Shown here: positions 61,295 through 64,000 of the stretch, piece by piece | Layout: each line of letters begins with the position of its first letter | Numbering within the stretch: position 1 is the stretch's first letter | Assembly (NCBI GenBank): GCA_038816475.1 | Contig: JAWBAI010000002.1 | Location: 109,618-173,617, forward strand | DNA: 64,000 nucleotides | From: Desulfurococcaceae archaeon | GTDB taxonomy: Archaea; Thermoproteota; Thermoprotei_A; Sulfolobales; Desulfurococcaceae | Direction of reading: 5' to 3' | Made by a program: the position numbers and the translations under genes | Notes under the pieces: generated by a model | What the model saw: the letters and a program-made list of their open reading frames with translations, nothing else | Told to the model about the DNA's origin: nothing | Database searches by the model: none

Positions 61295-61299
61295 CACTT

Positions 61300-62640
61300 C
61301 TTTCAATTCTTTGTATTGTATTCACTACTTCAACGAAATGACTATACTCGCTGTGTTCAGAACACACTTTCAATTCTTTCTATTGTATTCTGTTGGCGCT
61401 GTTACTGGTACAGGTACAGCTCTTCTGAGCTCCTTTCAATTCTTTCTATTGTATTCACAAGATCGTGTGTGAAAAGTGCAAAGCAGACGTTGAATTCCTT
61501 TCAATTCTTTCTATTGTATTCAATGAGCGAATTCATAACCGAGAAAGCCTTTTTTCATGAGCACTTTCAATTCTTTCTATTGTATTCAGAGCACTCAAGT
61601 ACAACCTCGTTGAGAACGAAAGAGTTCTCCTTTCAATTCTTTCTATTGTATTCATGGAGAAAGGGAGTTTTACAGAGTGATCACGATCGAGAAAAGCTTT
61701 CAATTCTTTCTATTGTATTCGAGCACTCAACCGAGATCCAGTACGAAGCGAAGAGAACACTTTCAATTCTTTCTATTGTATTCTTTCACGTTTTTCTGCT
61801 AGAGAGTAGAACGCCCTACGCTTACTTTCAATTCTTTCTATTGTATTCCTCATATGCGAGTATTAGTGCTGCTATTACCTCGTTTAGTGAACTTTCAATT
61901 CTTTCTATTGTATTCATGAGCTTGAAGATCATGGGCAATAGTGCGAACACTATTAGTATCTTTCAATTCTTTCTATTGTATTCCACGTTGGAGAGCTGGG
62001 AGAGGTTCTGCTCGAGAGTGCTCCACACTTTCAATTCTTTCTATTGTATTCTTGATTTTTGATTGAATGATACTCATTCTTATGATTAAGATCTTTCAAT
62101 TCTTTCTATTGTATTCACAATTCACCGGTGAATAGTGGTTTTCAATTGAACCTGCTGACTTTCAATTCTTTCTATTGTATTCCCAGCCCACTGGCTCATT
62201 CGCAATCAAGACAACCGCGAGAGCAGCTTTCAATTCTTTCTATTGTATTCGGTAGCAGACCACTGGCGTAGAGCTCTCGCAGGCGCTCTCTTTCAATTCT
62301 TTCTATTGTATTCTTTACTCGTGGACATGGGGTATTTGAAGTATCGAGAGAACTTTCAATTCTTTCTATTGTATTCGGTAGTTGTCAAATGCATAACATT
62401 CATCATGTATTAGATGATTCCACTTTCAATTCTTTCTATTGTATTCCTCGCGGACTCACCAGAGATAGAGAAGATAACTGAGGAGCCTTTCAATTCTTTC
62501 TATTGTATTCACCGTTTGGGACGCGATCTCCGATCTTCCGCCACTTCGACCCTTTCAATTCTTTCTATTGTATTCGTGAAGAGGGAGCACTTCACAAGAG
62601 ACAACGTGTATCCGCTCTTTCAATTCTTTCTATTGTATTC
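61300..62640 (-). CRISPR. CRISPR array, 21 repeats (GAATACAATAGAAAGAATTGAAAG on minus), 20 spacers of 39-46 nt
   Basis: 24-bp repeat CTTTCAATTCTTTCTATTGTATTC counted by hand; leftmost copy has one C>G change (trailer); ATTGAAAG handle fixes orientation. Confidence 0.99.
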
Positions 62641-63019
62641 AGGGGTCGAAGTCGTCTCCGAACTCGCCGATCAGCTCGGCGATCTTCCTCGCCCGGTGCT
62701 CGTTGCTCATGACGAGTGCCTCCGCGCAGTAGTCCAGGTATCCGCTGGGTAGGGCGATGACGATGACGATGTTCCTCCACCTCAGGAGGACCGCGTCCCT
62801 GAGACGTTTCACCTCGTCGAAGAACCCGTACGCCTCGTTCCTGGCGTCCTCTCTGCAGAGGTCGGGCATCAGCTCGCATGCTTTAACCTCTTCCGCTCTC
62901 CTGCTCAGCTCGATCAGCGTTGTCCTCAGCTCTTCGCTGATCGCGCTCCGCTTCACGCTCCACCTGTCGCTCGCCTTCCCCCTTCTCGGGCGGTTCTCAG
63001 GCTGAGGCACGTGCTCCAC
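62639..63019 (-). CDS. hypothetical protein (GC-rich block)
   Basis: 126-aa ORF, TTTTTATA box upstream at 63047-63054; stop codon overlaps the repeat. Confidence 0.6.
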   Translation of the reverse strand: MEHVPQPENRPRRGKASDRWSVKRSAISEELRTTLIELSRRAEEVKACELMPDLCREDARNEAYGFFDEVKRLRDAVLLRWRNIVIVIALPSGYLDYCAEALVMSNEHRARKIAELIGEFGDDFDP

Positions 63020-63069
63020 CCGTATTCAACCTGGGTGCGGTGAAGGTATAAAAACCCGGTGTTGCAGAG

Positions 63070-63681
63070 CTACCTCTTCGTTGCCGTGAGGAGGATGAGC
63101 ATGCCGAGGTTGACGCGTGCGATTCTCCTCACTCTGAACCCGGCGCCTCTGACCGCTTTCACTAGTGCATCTTCGCTGAAGTCGTGGTGGTGTGCGCCCC
63201 TCCAGGCTCGCCCAAAGCTGTGCGTCCACAGCCACCACGCCGCGTTGAACAGGGCTGAGCGAGCGTTGGGCACCAGCACCACGAGGAGCCCTCCGGGCTT
63301 CAGCACTCTGTGCGCTTCGCGTAGCGCTTCACCCGGGTTCGACAGGTGCTCAAGGACCTCCAGCATCGTGACAACGTCGGCCACGGAGTCTCGGAGCGGT
63401 AGCCTGTGAGCATCCGCAACGTAGAACTCTCCTCTCCTCCTCACGCGCCCCGCGTACCTTACTGAGCTCTCCTTCACGTCCACCCCGATGACCCTCTCAG
63501 CCTCCGAGCACTCCGCGATGATCTCGGTGAGAGTGCCTCCGTCGCATCCAACGTCGACGAGTAGCTGGGGGCGCTTCGGTAGCTCGCGGCATACCGCTTT
63601 GGCGCGGTTCAGGTGGTACCATCCGTGCAGAGGGTTCACGAGGGCTCGGTCGTAGTACCAGGGCGGCGCCGTGTCAGTCAC
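63070..63681 (-). CDS. class I SAM-dependent methyltransferase
   Basis: VDVGCDGG, GVD, DAHRLP, EVLEHL, RVLKPGG. Confidence 0.92.
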   Translation of the reverse strand: MTDTAPPWYYDRALVNPLHGWYHLNRAKAVCRELPKRPQLLVDVGCDGGTLTEIIAECSEAERVIGVDVKESSVRYAGRVRRRGEFYVADAHRLPLRDSVADVVTMLEVLEHLSNPGEALREAHRVLKPGGLLVVLVPNARSALFNAAWWLWTHSFGRAWRGAHHHDFSEDALVKAVRGAGFRVRRIARVNLGMLILLTATKR

Positions 63682-64000
63682 GCTTGCTCACCGTGCTCCC
63701 CTGGGTGTAGAGGATGATCATGGTGATGAGGAGGAGGACGTTCCTGGTGTTCGCGAGGAGTTGCACCACGGACGACGGGGCGAAGGGGCTGATCGGCTCC
63801 CTGTGGCCAAGGAGCTCCACCCAATCCCTGTTGAAGAAGACGATTATCAGCAGAGCGTTCGCAACGTCAGCGGCGGCGACGAGGAGTAGCTGGTGGGACG
63901 GTAGCGCGAGGAGGAGTAGCGGTGTCACGGCGATGAGCATCTGCGGTGTGAAGATGTAGTTGAGAACGGTTGCTGAGAGCATTGCAAGCGAGGAGGATGC
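63674..64000 (-). CDS. C-terminal part of a multi-pass membrane protein (GT87-like)
   Basis: NYIFTPQM resembles the GT-C F-S/T-P-Q motif; frame stays open to the window edge. Confidence 0.55.
   Translation of the reverse strand, partial: ASSSLAMLSATVLNYIFTPQMLIAVTPLLLLALPSHQLLLVAAADVANALLIIVFFNRDWVELLGHREPISPFAPSSVVQLLANTRNVLLLITMIILYTQGSTVSKRD

Larger units (their letters stand above)
59887..64000. mobile_element. putative tRNA-Ser-integrated element or island remnant (right end not in window)
   Basis: integrase immediately 3' of tRNA, then CRISPR array and GC-shifted DNA; no attR seen. Confidence 0.55.

Noticed and set aside
61588-61730. Spacers 5 and 7 both start with GAGCACTCAA
   Set aside because: Only 10 nt shared, remainder unrelated
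61245-62752. ORFs across the CRISPR array (e.g. 248 aa at 61316-62062)
   Set aside because: Periodic LSILSIVF/FQFFLLY translations of a stop-free repeat
63022-63027. GTATTC equal to the repeat end, as a possible target-site duplication
   Set aside because: Six bases only, and no AT-rich leader lies beyond it

Overview
Core chromosome of a hyperthermophilic crenarchaeon; the gene set (CdvA, TFE-beta, S26e/S30e, PolB1, Cren7-like protein) suggests Desulfurococcales, which is an inference. About 60 kb is housekeeping: pyrG, tfeB-tfb-gar1, srp19-rps8e, acyl-CoA synthetase, tldD/E, enolase, topA, thermosome, gatDE, nop5-fibrillarin, the proteasome/exosome superoperon, EF-2 and PolB1. There are three tRNA genes (Leu-CAG, intron-containing Asn-GTT, Ser-GCT) and at least seven box C/D guide RNAs, mostly intergenic, that the ORF track does not show. 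Four things stand out. (1) A C/D-like sRNA at 5505-5556 has a guide complementary to the intron of the tRNA-Asn gene 45 kb away, and that intron itself carries a copy of the tRNA D-arm. (2) tRNA-Ser is followed by a doubly frameshifted HTH-tyrosine integrase that directly abuts a 21-repeat CRISPR array with no cas genes in the window. (3) That array has no leader and runs straight into foreign GC-rich DNA. (4) A small islet after tRNA-Leu carries a doubly membrane-anchored GH99-like glycosidase. All protein family calls and rRNA target assignments come from recalled motifs, not database searches.
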